The notes: a model not told the origin generated them from the sequence alone. A stretch of DNA of 64,000 nt from Candidatus Caldarchaeum sp. (GCA_038831915.1 JAWBKB010000002.1:73746-137745), one strand, 5' to 3'. Shown: positions 54,430 through 64,000, counted from the stretch's first letter. Numbers and translations are program-made.

Positions 54430-55581
54430 ATGACTTATGCAGCAACCAACTATGTGAAAATGCACCAGCAATACAGGAGCTCATGCATCAATCTGGTTGC
54501 GAGCGAAAACTTGTTGAGCCCAAGGGCTCGAAATGCTCTTGCATCCGATATGGCTTCGAGATATGCGTTGAGGCCAGAATTCTATGGAGGCACAACCTGG
54601 ATTCACCATGTATGGACGTTGGCTGAAGATCTTGCTAAAGCTGTTTTTAACGCAGAATATTGTAGCGTTGCACCCCTTTCAGGGCATGTTTCTTTGATGA
54701 TGACGCTCTACACAGTTGTAAGGAGAAGTGGAAAAATCGCCGTTGTCGACCCCAGACTCGCCGGCTATCCAGGTCTTGCATCGGACAAAATACCCGAAAT
54801 TTTTGGACATACTGTGGTTTTTCTGCCTGAAAAAGACTTGATGATCGATAAAGACCCAGCGGTCGAATTACTGGCAAAAGAAAAGCCAGACGCAGTCGTG
54901 CTCGGTGCAAGCTTGATTCTTTATCCTATGCCGGTGAAGGAAATTTCCGAGGTAGTTCATTCCTATGGTGGTCACGTTATTTACGACGGTTCTCACGTTC
55001 TAGGGTTAATTGCGGGAAAAAGTTTCCAGCAACCGCTCGAGGAAGGAGCTGATGTGTTGTTGGGCTCGACTCACAAAAGCTTTTTCGGGCCTCAAGGCGG
55101 CTTGATACTAACAAACGACAAAGAAATTGCTGAAAAGATAGAACGAAACACTTTTCACAAATTTGTAGACAACATTCATTTTAACCGAATCGCTGCTCTG
55201 GCTGTTTCACTCGAGGAAATGAAAAAGCATGGTAGAAAATATGCTGAGAAGGTGGTTGAAAACGCCAACATGCTCGCCGTGTCGCTTGAAAAAAGAGAAT
55301 TGAAACCTTTCAAAAATTCTATGGGCTTCACCCGTTCACATCAAGTATATCTCCCGTATTCTGAGGAAGACGGTGTGAAGGTTCGCGACATTCTGGAGCG
55401 CAACCACATCATCGCAGATATGGCTGTGAGGTTGGGGACGAACGAAGTCACGAGGAGGGGAATGGGTCTGCGGCAGATGGACATCATTGCCGAGTATATC
55501 GTCCGAGCCTTACAGGGTGAAAACATGAAAAACAAGGTTCGTGCATTGGCTCACCGGTTTAAATCTGTCAAATTTACGTAA
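54430..55581 (+). CDS. serine hydroxymethyltransferase-like PLP enzyme (short, divergent)
   Basis: 383 aa. INLVASENLLSP and STHKSFFGPQGG (PLP lysine). The region that is NKYAEGYPG in canonical GlyA is divergent. Confidence 0.7.
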   Translation: MTYAATNYVKMHQQYRSSCINLVASENLLSPRARNALASDMASRYALRPEFYGGTTWIHHVWTLAEDLAKAVFNAEYCSVAPLSGHVSLMMTLYTVVRRSGKIAVVDPRLAGYPGLASDKIPEIFGHTVVFLPEKDLMIDKDPAVELLAKEKPDAVVLGASLILYPMPVKEISEVVHSYGGHVIYDGSHVLGLIAGKSFQQPLEEGADVLLGSTHKSFFGPQGGLILTNDKEIAEKIERNTFHKFVDNIHFNRIAALAVSLEEMKKHGRKYAEKVVENANMLAVSLEKRELKPFKNSMGFTRSHQVYLPYSEEDGVKVRDILERNHIIADMAVRLGTNEVTRRGMGLRQMDIIAEYIVRALQGENMKNKVRALAHRFKSVKFT

Positions 55582-55593
55582 AGGTAAAGCAAG

Positions 55594-56559
55594 TTGAAGG
55601 CGAAAGCAATCGCACATCCAATGGAGGGCCTGGTGAAATATCACGGACTGAGAGATTGGAACCTCAGAATTCCATATCATGACAGCATTTCGGTGAATCT
55701 TGAAGCTTTTAACACGACCACTGAGATTGAATTCGGCGATTTCGGCGAAGACGTCGCGTTAGTTAACGGCGTGAAGCTTCAAGGCCGGGAATTTGAACGT
55801 GTCAAGTCGGTCGTCGACTACGTGAGGAAGTTGGCGGGCATATCGGAGAATTTCTACATGACTTCGTCGAACTCGATTCCGAAAGGCACTGTGAAAGGGC
55901 TTGGGTTCTCCTCTTCGGCAGGTGCTGCTCTTGCGGCGGCATCATACAAAGCCGCAGGTCTCGACAAGAGGCTTGGATGGGATTACACGCTTTTATCGCG
56001 GATTGCTCGGAGGCTTGCCGGTTCAGCGTGTCGAAGCGTAGTCGGCTATTACGCGAGATGGTATGCCGGTAGGTCTGACGAAGATAGTTACGCTGTTTGT
56101 TTCGCCGAGCCGAAAGACTTGGACATCCGTGTCATCGTGGTGCCGTTCTACGTCGAATTTAGAACCGAGGACGGACACCGCGAAGCCGAGCTGTCACCGT
56201 TTTTCGAGTCACGAACGATATCCGCTCAGAAAAGATGTGACGAGCTTGAAAAAGCGATAAAAAATGGCGACTTCAAACGGTTCGGTGAATTAGTAGAATC
56301 AGACGCTCTTGAGCTTCACGCCGTCACAATGACCGGCCCTGGTAGATTGATACTTGCGACGTCGGACAGCTGGCGTGTCGTTCAAAAAGTCCTTCAGCTA
56401 AGGAATCAAGGCGTCGAATGTTATTTCTCGATGCAGACGGGCCCAACGGTGTTTGTAAACACCCTTCCTGAAAATGTTTCCACCGTCGTCGAGTCAGTTA
56501 AAGACCTGGGTTACAAAGCTTACGTTTCAAACATCGGAGGCCCCGCCAGAGCCCTATGA
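55594..56559 (+). CDS. diphosphomevalonate-decarboxylase-family (GHMP) protein
   Basis: 321 aa. LVKYHGLRD, GHMP motif GLGFSSSAGAALAAA, and MQTGPTVF. Confidence 0.8.
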   Translation: MKAKAIAHPMEGLVKYHGLRDWNLRIPYHDSISVNLEAFNTTTEIEFGDFGEDVALVNGVKLQGREFERVKSVVDYVRKLAGISENFYMTSSNSIPKGTVKGLGFSSSAGAALAAASYKAAGLDKRLGWDYTLLSRIARRLAGSACRSVVGYYARWYAGRSDEDSYAVCFAEPKDLDIRVIVVPFYVEFRTEDGHREAELSPFFESRTISAQKRCDELEKAIKNGDFKRFGELVESDALELHAVTMTGPGRLILATSDSWRVVQKVLQLRNQGVECYFSMQTGPTVFVNTLPENVSTVVESVKDLGYKAYVSNIGGPARAL

Positions 56560-56600
56560 AGTTATTAGTAACCAGTTGACGCGATAAATAAGGTGTAAAA

Positions 56601-56771
56601 ATGGTAGAAATTTCGGAGGAAGACATTCCGTTCTTCGCCGAAGTAACGGCCGGCGGAAGAATCACAATTCCAGAAGAAATCCGCAAAATATTTGAAATTA
56701 AGGACGGCGACAGCTTGCTCTGCAAAATCCGAATTGTAAAGAGAAAATCTCAGCAACACGAACAGAAGTGA
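56601..56771 (+). CDS. AbrB/SpoVT-type (MazE/VapB-like) DNA-binding protein, 56 aa
   Basis: Hand-read ATG..TGA ORF below the track cutoff. GRITIPEEIRKIFEIKDGD is the classic swapped-hairpin SpoVT/AbrB motif. Confidence 0.6.
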   Translation: MVEISEEDIPFFAEVTAGGRITIPEEIRKIFEIKDGDSLLCKIRIVKRKSQQHEQK

Positions 56772-56777
56772 ACACGT

Positions 56778-57053
56778 TTAAATTCGTAGACCAAACGCCG
56801 CCGCGAACCTTTCAAATCTCTTAAACTCACTTAGATAGTTGAGCCCCTTATCAGTAACCACGTACAGAACTTCGGAGTTGCTGGTGCGAATCACCAATCC
56901 TTTCTCAACGAGGGCGTCCAGATACTTGACCAGTCTGTCATGCGACAGGTTTGCGTCCAGCATGATTTTGGTGGGCCTCGCACGGCCTTGCTGAACTATC
57001 GATTCAAGTATGTCTGCAAGAATTTTCGCCTTCGACCTATAATCCTTTACCAT
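56778..57053 (-). CDS. winged-helix DNA-binding protein (COG3432-like)
   Basis: 91 aa. KILADILESI..TKIMLDANLSHDRLVKYLDALVEKGLV. Confidence 0.65.
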   Translation of the reverse strand: MVKDYRSKAKILADILESIVQQGRARPTKIMLDANLSHDRLVKYLDALVEKGLVIRTSNSEVLYVVTDKGLNYLSEFKRFERFAAAFGLRI

Positions 57054-57669
57054 CTCCGAACACCGAAAGCACCGCCGTGAGGAAAAGTAGTAACGCCATC
57101 AGTTGGAAGAACTGAGCCGCAAAGTAGAGCAGAATGTTCAGGGGGAGTGCTAAGAATAGAACATGGCTCAAAGTCAGAAACACGAAGCCGTAAAAAGAAT
57201 AGGGGTTTTGAATATGCTTTCTTATCATTGCCAGATGGGCCAAAACAATTGTTAGAATGGTGACGGAAACAGCTTCTAGGAACGGGTTGTAAATCAGTGA
57301 AGGAGCGACGGCGATTAGTATCGGCATGCTTTGCAAATCTCTTATTGAGTATGATGCGTATAGGTAGAGAAAAACCGCGTATGCGGCTACGCGCATCGCC
57401 GAATACACTACCTCCTGTGCTTGAAGGACGAAGAAAAACAGGCCGCGGAGCATGAAAGGCCTGCCCATGGGTAGGCTGAACGCAAAAGAGGTGAGCAAAA
57501 TTCTCAGCAACATGGCTAAAGCCATAAGTAGAAAGCCGATGGAAAGAAGTGTTAGAGACCGTGAGCCTGTTTTACGGCCGCCCGCGAACGCAATCAGAGC
57601 TATCGCTAAACTGATGAAAAAACTTAAAGTTTCAAAGAAGATGTCCAGTCTGATAATGGTATTAAACAT
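57037..57669 (-). CDS. hypothetical polytopic membrane protein
   Basis: 210 aa with 6-7 hydrophobic segments. 17-nt overlap with the downstream wHTH gene. Confidence 0.6.
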   Translation of the reverse strand: MFNTIIRLDIFFETLSFFISLAIALIAFAGGRKTGSRSLTLLSIGFLLMALAMLLRILLTSFAFSLPMGRPFMLRGLFFFVLQAQEVVYSAMRVAAYAVFLYLYASYSIRDLQSMPILIAVAPSLIYNPFLEAVSVTILTIVLAHLAMIRKHIQNPYSFYGFVFLTLSHVLFLALPLNILLYFAAQFFQLMALLLFLTAVLSVFGDGKGL

Positions 57670-57697
57670 TCCAACTCCAGGAAAAATTTGTGGGGTT

Positions 57698-58177
57698 TTA
57701 TGTGTTGCCGGTTGATACTCTCTCTCGCACAGCGGGACTTGGTGCTAGAACTGTTATTCCTGTGTCAAGGTCGATGATTTGCTTGACGTAGGTGATGGTC
57801 GTTGTTACTCCGCTGGGTCTTGTGAATGAAACTGTAACCACGGTTACTTTTACGCGGTCACCGATGTTTAGCAAATCAGTTGCAAAGAGTTTGAAGAATG
57901 TTACTCTTCTTTCGCCGTGTAGCCAGACCATGGGAGCCACTAACTTCGCGGCCGACTCGCCGGCCGTTATTTCGATGTACCGCATGTCTGCGTCTGATAT
58001 CACTCCTTCTAACGTTGTTTCCGTGACCGTTGTCTGAGTTCTATTATGCCAAGGGCCGCCCATGCGATGGTTTCCACGTCCTGCCGGCACGTTGTCAAAT
58101 GCGTTTACCACGGCCAACCCTGTCACTAGCACCGCGACAACGGCCAAGACAGCCGAAAAAGCAATTATTCTGTTCAC
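57698..58177 (-). CDS. hypothetical secreted or N-terminally anchored beta-rich protein
   Basis: 159 aa. N-terminal hydrophobic helix IIAFSAVLAVVAVLVTGLAVV. GTG start. Confidence 0.5.
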   Translation of the reverse strand: MNRIIAFSAVLAVVAVLVTGLAVVNAFDNVPAGRGNHRMGGPWHNRTQTTVTETTLEGVISDADMRYIEITAGESAAKLVAPMVWLHGERRVTFFKLFATDLLNIGDRVKVTVVTVSFTRPSGVTTTITYVKQIIDLDTGITVLAPSPAVRERVSTGNT

Positions 58178-58241
58178 GAAAACAAATCGAGACAGCCAAA
58201 ATAAAAAAGGGATGTATGATTCGTCTATTCGAAAAAATTAG

Positions 58242-59210
<969 letters not shown>

Positions 59211-59220
59211 TTATCCTTTC

Positions 59221-61176
59221 TCACCCCCCGCTCCTTTTAACTATTCTCGGAGTACCGTGAATCACGGCCTCTTTCAAGCCGTCGCGAATTTCAGAGAACG
59301 AAAACGGCCGTCCGTTGTATTTTACGATTAGATGGTCGGTTTTGATTCCTGTCCGGGCTCTGAGTAGCGTTGCAAACTGTCCTGTAAAATTCTGCTCCAC
59401 CACAATCAGCTTTTTGTACTGAGGTATAAGGCTGGTGAGAAACCTTGCGGGGAAGGGGTTTAGTAATTTTACCTGAGCAAAAGCAAACCGAAGTCCTTCA
59501 GAAGCGAGGTAGTCGATGGCGTCGATTATCGCTCCTTTTGTCGAGCCCCAGCTCAGCACTAGGTAGGGGGCGTCGTAATCGCCGTAGATCAAAACTCTTT
59601 CACTGTCGGGGATTTCTGCATCCGCTATTTCGAGTTTTCTCATCCTTTTTTCCATCATTCGGTCTCTCAAGGACGGTTCCTCTGTGATGTGGCCAAGCTC
59701 GTCATGTTCGTCACCTGTGTTCCAGAATATTCCGTTTTCTACGCCGAAAATTGTTCTGTATGAAACTCCGTCCTCGGTGAATTTGAACCGTTTGTATTGG
59801 CCGAGAGAAGGGTCCCAAAAAGTGACGAGTTTTCCTCGGTCGATTCTGATTTTGCTTATGTCGAAGACGTCGACCGTCATGTTGCTGTTTGCGAGAGCTT
59901 TGTCGAGGATATGTATAACTGGTGTTTGATACCTTTCAGCATAATTGAATGCCTTAGCAACGTCGTAGAAAGCTTCCTCTATGTCGCCTGAAGCAAGAAC
60001 AAGACGCGGAAATTCCCCGTGACCGCCAAAGATTGAGAACAAGAGCTCGCCTTGTTCATGACGTGTTGGAAGACCTGTGCTAGGTCCTCCTCTTTGGTAT
60101 AAAGTCACTACTACGGGAACTTCATTCATCCCAGCCCAGCCAAGTCCTTCAATCATCAGGTCTAGACCTGGGCCTGAAGTCGCTGTCGCAGCCCTAGCGC
60201 CTGCCAAAGCCGCTCCAGAAACCATGTTTATCGCGGCGATTTCGTCCTCTGTTTGCACGACAACTATTGAGCCGTGGCCGTTCAGCTCCTCAACTTCTTT
60301 GAGGTGGGGGAATTCGTGATAAACATCAAAAACTTGATGATCTTCGAGGTAAACGCTTTCATCGCTAGCCGGAGTAATCGGATAGTAAGTCTGAAACCTG
60401 CAGCCCGCCGCTATTTTTCCTAGTGCCACAGAGGACGTGCCTGAGATGAATAGCCTCCTCTTTTTCATCTTAGGCTCAACCCTATATGGAAAGTCTGTAG
60501 CGAAGTTTTTCTGAACGTATTCAGCAGCTGTTTCAGCTGCTACCACGTTTGACTTAATCACTTTGGCTTTTGCTCGAAAAACCTGACTCAGAGCGGTTTC
60601 GAGATAAGTGATCGGTATCGAAAGGAGGCTGAGAGAAGCGCCGACGGCGATGGTGTTCGTCATTCTTGCCAACGCGCTGAGCTGTTGTTCGCCAGTTTGT
60701 TCTCCGATTTTTTTCAACAACTCCATGTATGGAACGGGATACAGTCTTACACCGTTACGTCTTGCGACCTCGAGAACATCACCAACGGTTTCGCCAAGTC
60801 CTTCCTTCGAAAGCCTCATCTGTATCCTTTCCAGAACCGGTTTTTCAAGAGTTGGGATAGACGTAATTTTTTCGTTAACCGCCATCGAGTCGTAGATGAT
60901 TCCACCTCCTCCGACAACTTCCCAGGCGTGGCGGACAACTGTTTCAGAGTCAAAAGTTGCTAGAAGGTGTACTTCGTCCATCGTGGAATGAACTGGGCCG
61001 TCTGAAATCACGACGCTGAAATAGCTATGCTCCCCCTTGATGTTCGAATAATATTCTCGTTTACCGAAAACGTAGAGACCGTAACTCGCGGATGCCCGAG
61101 AAAAAACGTTGGCCGACGAGTCAACACCCGTACCCTGCGCTCCGCCAATCATCCAAGAAATTTTGGTTGTACCCAT
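59221..61176 (-). CDS. korA: 2-oxoacid:ferredoxin oxidoreductase subunit alpha (gamma-alpha fusion type)
   Basis: 651 aa. N-terminal gamma-like GGAQGTGVDS, then alpha-domain YPITPASD. Confidence 0.93.
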   Translation of the reverse strand: MGTTKISWMIGGAQGTGVDSSANVFSRASASYGLYVFGKREYYSNIKGEHSYFSVVISDGPVHSTMDEVHLLATFDSETVVRHAWEVVGGGGIIYDSMAVNEKITSIPTLEKPVLERIQMRLSKEGLGETVGDVLEVARRNGVRLYPVPYMELLKKIGEQTGEQQLSALARMTNTIAVGASLSLLSIPITYLETALSQVFRAKAKVIKSNVVAAETAAEYVQKNFATDFPYRVEPKMKKRRLFISGTSSVALGKIAAGCRFQTYYPITPASDESVYLEDHQVFDVYHEFPHLKEVEELNGHGSIVVVQTEDEIAAINMVSGAALAGARAATATSGPGLDLMIEGLGWAGMNEVPVVVTLYQRGGPSTGLPTRHEQGELLFSIFGGHGEFPRLVLASGDIEEAFYDVAKAFNYAERYQTPVIHILDKALANSNMTVDVFDISKIRIDRGKLVTFWDPSLGQYKRFKFTEDGVSYRTIFGVENGIFWNTGDEHDELGHITEEPSLRDRMMEKRMRKLEIADAEIPDSERVLIYGDYDAPYLVLSWGSTKGAIIDAIDYLASEGLRFAFAQVKLLNPFPARFLTSLIPQYKKLIVVEQNFTGQFATLLRARTGIKTDHLIVKYNGRPFSFSEIRDGLKEAVIHGTPRIVKRSGG

Positions 61177-61202
61177 TTTCTTTGTAAACTGTAGACCTCT
61201 GT

Positions 61203-61211
61203 CTTATTTAA
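61203..61211 (-). promoter_or_regulatory. TATA box (TTAAATAAG on the minus strand) about 30 nt upstream of the korA ATG
   Basis: It is the only AT-rich box in the 50-nt hsp20-korA spacer. Confidence 0.4.
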
Positions 61212-61226
61212 CCATGTTAGAGCAAC

Positions 61227-61802
61227 TCATTCGACTTTTATTTTTTCTCCCCTCGGTTTGGCCGGTTCCTTTTTGGGGAAGCTGACTTCGAGGACGCCGT
61301 TGTTATAGCCTGCTTTCACGTTCGTGGTTGAAACCTCCGCCGGAAGTTCGACCTCTTTGTAGTATTTTCTTTCAGGCGTGTCAACACGGATGATAAGCCT
61401 GTTTCCGTCGACTGTCAAATCGATGTCTTCTTTCTTCACTCCCGGAATTTCGGCCACAACCTTGACGGATTTCTCCTCCTCGAAAACGTCGACTAGCGGC
61501 TCTCTTTCAACTTTGACTTCTAGGCCTCGGGGTAAGGCTGCGGGTGACACGTTTCCAAACTGGCGGAACACTGGTTTTCCATCCGGTCCAATGGTAATAG
61601 AGTATCCATAGATGAATGGGCCGTATTGTCTCTTTATTCCGGTTGGGGTTCGCGTTTCCTTCACCAAATCTTTTGGTAATGTATCCATCATGCGTTGAAT
61701 TTCCTCGAATAGTTCGCGCTGCATTTCCTCAAACATTCGTTCAAATTCTTCAAAGAAGCTGAATGGCCTTCTTCTTCGACGCGACCAAAATTCATCCGAC
61801 AT
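61227..61802 (-). CDS. hsp20: Hsp20/alpha-crystallin small heat-shock protein
   Basis: 191 aa. PLVDVFEEEKSVKVVAEIPGVKKEDIDL..AGYNNGVLEVSFPK alpha-crystallin domain. Confidence 0.9.
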   Translation of the reverse strand: MSDEFWSRRRRRPFSFFEEFERMFEEMQRELFEEIQRMMDTLPKDLVKETRTPTGIKRQYGPFIYGYSITIGPDGKPVFRQFGNVSPAALPRGLEVKVEREPLVDVFEEEKSVKVVAEIPGVKKEDIDLTVDGNRLIIRVDTPERKYYKEVELPAEVSTTNVKAGYNNGVLEVSFPKKEPAKPRGEKIKVE

Positions 61803-61839
61803 TTCGATACCTATTTATGAAGAGGCTGGTTATAAGATT

Positions 61840-63009
61840 TTGCGAAACGAGAAATTGTTGCAAGAGCTGGAATCTTTCGCCTCAGCTGCGTTTATAGTCG
61901 CTTGGCTCGTCATCTTCTTTGCGAGAAAAAGGATTCTCGACGAAATGACACCTTTCCCGGATGAACGTGTCTTGATTGGGGCTAATCTTTCTGTCATTGT
62001 TCCAGTTAGGAACGAAGAAAAACATGTAGCACATTGTCTTTCAAGCATTTTGAAGGCAAAAGGTGTGGTGAAGGAAGTGATAGTTGTGGACGATAATTCG
62101 ACTGACCGGACGTGGGATGTCGTGCAACAATTTGTTGGTGTAGACGTGAAAGCCGTGAAAGCAGGAGTGCCTCCCGAGGGGTGGATGGGCAAAAGCTGGG
62201 CCTGCCACGTTGGCTACAAAAATTCAACTGGTTCATGGCTGCTTTTCACCGACGCGGACACTGAGTTTTCGGAGAAAGCCGTGGTAAACGCTGTTGCCGA
62301 CGCTGAACGGAGAGGGCTTGAATTTGTTTCTCTTTATCCGCGTTTTCGCATGAACAGCTTTCTCCACCACTTCGCTTTGCCCGTGATGCTGTTAGGTTTC
62401 TACGCTTTCGGTAAGCCTCATCTCGTCAAAAAAGGCAAGTCAGCCTTTGCATTTGGAAGCTTCATTCTCGTCAGAAGAGATGCATACGAGCGAATCGGCG
62501 GCCATCAAGCCGTCAGAGATGCCGTGCTCGAAGACCGTGCACTAGCGCTGGCCGCACAAAAAGCCGGTCTGAAAACTGAGCTTTACAAAGCATTCGACCA
62601 ACTTGTTACATCGTGGAACGACGATTCTGTCACGCTTTGGAACGGTATGATTCGTATATTCACCCCACTTGCTCTCAAAAACCCCGGAAAAACGGTTGGA
62701 ATCTTCTTCCTTCTGACCTTTGTCTGCCTCGCGATACCGGCCATAAACATCTACAGCGGGAATTATCTGCCACTGGTTTTCGCACATTTGGCCGCTGCTT
62801 TAGTAGTTGGAGGCGAATCAGCGAGACATCAATCCAATTTTCTTTACGGGTTGATGTGGCCCGTCGGCGTCGCAGCCATAATGACCGCAGCTCTCGTGGC
62901 TCTGACTAAGGCATGGAAGAACCCAACCGTCGTGTGGAGGGGCCGCAAATATCTAATCAGGCAGGGTCAAGTTCACGAACAAGTCATCCTGGTTTCGTCA
63001 GATAAATGA
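61840..63009 (+). CDS. family 2 glycosyltransferase with membrane-spanning C-terminal region
   Basis: 389 aa. SVIVPVRNEE, VVDDNSTD and TDADT (DxD), plus C-terminal TM helices. Confidence 0.85.
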   Translation: MRNEKLLQELESFASAAFIVAWLVIFFARKRILDEMTPFPDERVLIGANLSVIVPVRNEEKHVAHCLSSILKAKGVVKEVIVVDDNSTDRTWDVVQQFVGVDVKAVKAGVPPEGWMGKSWACHVGYKNSTGSWLLFTDADTEFSEKAVVNAVADAERRGLEFVSLYPRFRMNSFLHHFALPVMLLGFYAFGKPHLVKKGKSAFAFGSFILVRRDAYERIGGHQAVRDAVLEDRALALAAQKAGLKTELYKAFDQLVTSWNDDSVTLWNGMIRIFTPLALKNPGKTVGIFFLLTFVCLAIPAINIYSGNYLPLVFAHLAAALVVGGESARHQSNFLYGLMWPVGVAAIMTAALVALTKAWKNPTVVWRGRKYLIRQGQVHEQVILVSSDK

Positions 63010-64000
63010 TGCTCTCACGTGAAACACCGATTTTCTTCACCCTGTCGACAGCGGCAACCCGTTTGTTTACAGCGACAATCTTATCAACAAGGAATCCTCT
63101 TTCATCAGCGATTTCAGCCAAAGCTATGTCAGTTTCGATAACCCTGTCGGGAAAGACTCCACCGCTGACAACAACGGCAGCCTTCCCCCCCACTTTCAAA
63201 ACACGATACAATTCCGACAACGCTATTGACATATCCTCAAAATACAACTTGGCCACAAGAGGTAAACCATCGACGATGGAAGAGTAGTCGATTTCGCCAG
63301 GCCTCAAACCTACGTAAGACCTTATTGCCCGATGAGGAATCTCCGGGAAAAAGAGTTCGTATTCAGGCCAGTAGCATCGAGTGTATTCGATCTTGTTGAG
63401 GTAGGGGGGCGAAGTTATGACCGCGTCTACTGTTTCATCTTCGACGAATGATAGATTCCTGGCGTCTCCCAACCGGACGTCCGCAAAAGCCATGGTCAAA
63501 GGCAGTTTTTCACAATCCTTGATCATCATGTTCACTGCTCTGCGAAATGATTTGCGGAGCGATGGAATCCTCGGCTTGTTTTTCACCACTTTAATCACGG
63601 CACCATCCCTAACCATGTAGGAAGATTTTTCAGCAGCAGCCATCAAAGCCAGCATGAAAAATCCACGTTCCTTTTCATCTTCTAATTCTTTCAACACTTT
63701 TCTGAAGAAAATCAAATCCTCTAACACGGCTCTTGGATACAAATTGCGAAGCAGGCCTGTCACGTGAATTTCCGGCCTTTCAAACTGGCGAGTAAAAATC
63801 ATGTCTCGAAAATGTCTGAGTTTTTCGATGTCGTAGATGGCGGTTTTGACGCTGGAAATGAAGACGAATAGAGGTGAAACATCGACCCCGATAGACTGAA
63901 TTCCCAACTCTTTGCAAGTTAGTAACGTGGTCCCGACACCCATGAAGGGGTCTAAAACCACGTTTTCATGGGAAATGTTGAACTGTTTGATGACAAGTTT
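62984..64000 (-). CDS. N6/N4 DNA-methyltransferase-like protein, 5'-truncated by the window edge
   Basis: Reading frame is open to position 64000. AdoMet motif VLDPFMGVGTT is followed about 180 aa later by the catalytic motif ITSPPY. Confidence 0.75.
   Translation of the reverse strand, partial: KLVIKQFNISHENVVLDPFMGVGTTLLTCKELGIQSIGVDVSPLFVFISSVKTAIYDIEKLRHFRDMIFTRQFERPEIHVTGLLRNLYPRAVLEDLIFFRKVLKELEDEKERGFFMLALMAAAEKSSYMVRDGAVIKVVKNKPRIPSLRKSFRRAVNMMIKDCEKLPLTMAFADVRLGDARNLSFVEDETVDAVITSPPYLNKIEYTRCYWPEYELFFPEIPHRAIRSYVGLRPGEIDYSSIVDGLPLVAKLYFEDMSIALSELYRVLKVGGKAAVVVSGGVFPDRVIETDIALAEIADERGFLVDKIVAVNKRVAAVDRVKKIGVSRESIIYLTKPG

Noticed and set aside
56498-56759. Two minus-strand ORFs (75 aa and 64 aa) in the mvd-wHTH gap
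   Set aside because: They are antisense to the hand-read AbrB/SpoVT ORF, which carries a recognisable domain motif.

Overview
Dense archaeal chromosomal window with about 80 protein genes on both strands. Spacers are short or overlapping, and many genes look leaderless, with a TTATA(A/T)A box about 25-30 nt upstream of the start. Archaeal markers include aEF-2, TBP, proteasome alpha, the exosome superoperon (psmA-SBDS-rrp4-rrp41-rrp42-L37Ae-Pcc1-prefoldin beta), G1P dehydrogenase, class I LysRS, Hjc, archaeal DtdA, Taw1, a two-subunit 2-oxoacid:ferredoxin oxidoreductase and a single-OB SSB. This gene set is compatible with a TACK-type archaeon, but lineage cannot be fixed from sequence alone. 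I found no rRNA, tRNA, CRISPR array, transposase, integrase or obvious prophage. Most content is housekeeping. Metabolic and cofactor genes: Moco biosynthesis (moeA, moaE/D, moaB/C); a CODH/xanthine-DH-type coxM-S-G module with coxD/E/F maturation genes but no large subunit; a lipA-E1beta-E3-lipB operon; cofE (F420); NAD salvage (pncA, NAPRT); fumC; geranylgeranyl reductase; an SHMT-like gene and an MVD-family gene. Transport, membrane and stress genes: an ECF transporter module, stomatin/NfeD and Hsp20. The less ordinary pieces are: (1) a tight operon of a 476-aa coiled-coil/Zn-ribbon protein, a small winged-helix protein, Hjc and Lrp behind a palindromic operator-like site; (2) a 0.4-kb AT-rich non-coding segment bracketed by imperfect repeats built from GGTTTACC/GGTAAACC octamers; (3) a MoaD-like protein whose GG motif is followed by a 12-residue tail; (4) an ATG-less 8-cysteine ORF and a PD-(D/E)xK-like protein in the cofE-HIT operon; (5) two short ORFs below the 60-aa track cutoff, a hyper-acidic E/F/W peptide and an AbrB/SpoVT-type protein; (6) a ThiN-domain regulator fusion next to a stand-alone paralog; (7) a partial DNA methyltransferase at the window edge. 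None of these can be called a new system from sequence alone. All functional calls come from motif recognition by eye, with no database search. Coordinates I derived myself may be off by 1-2 nt.
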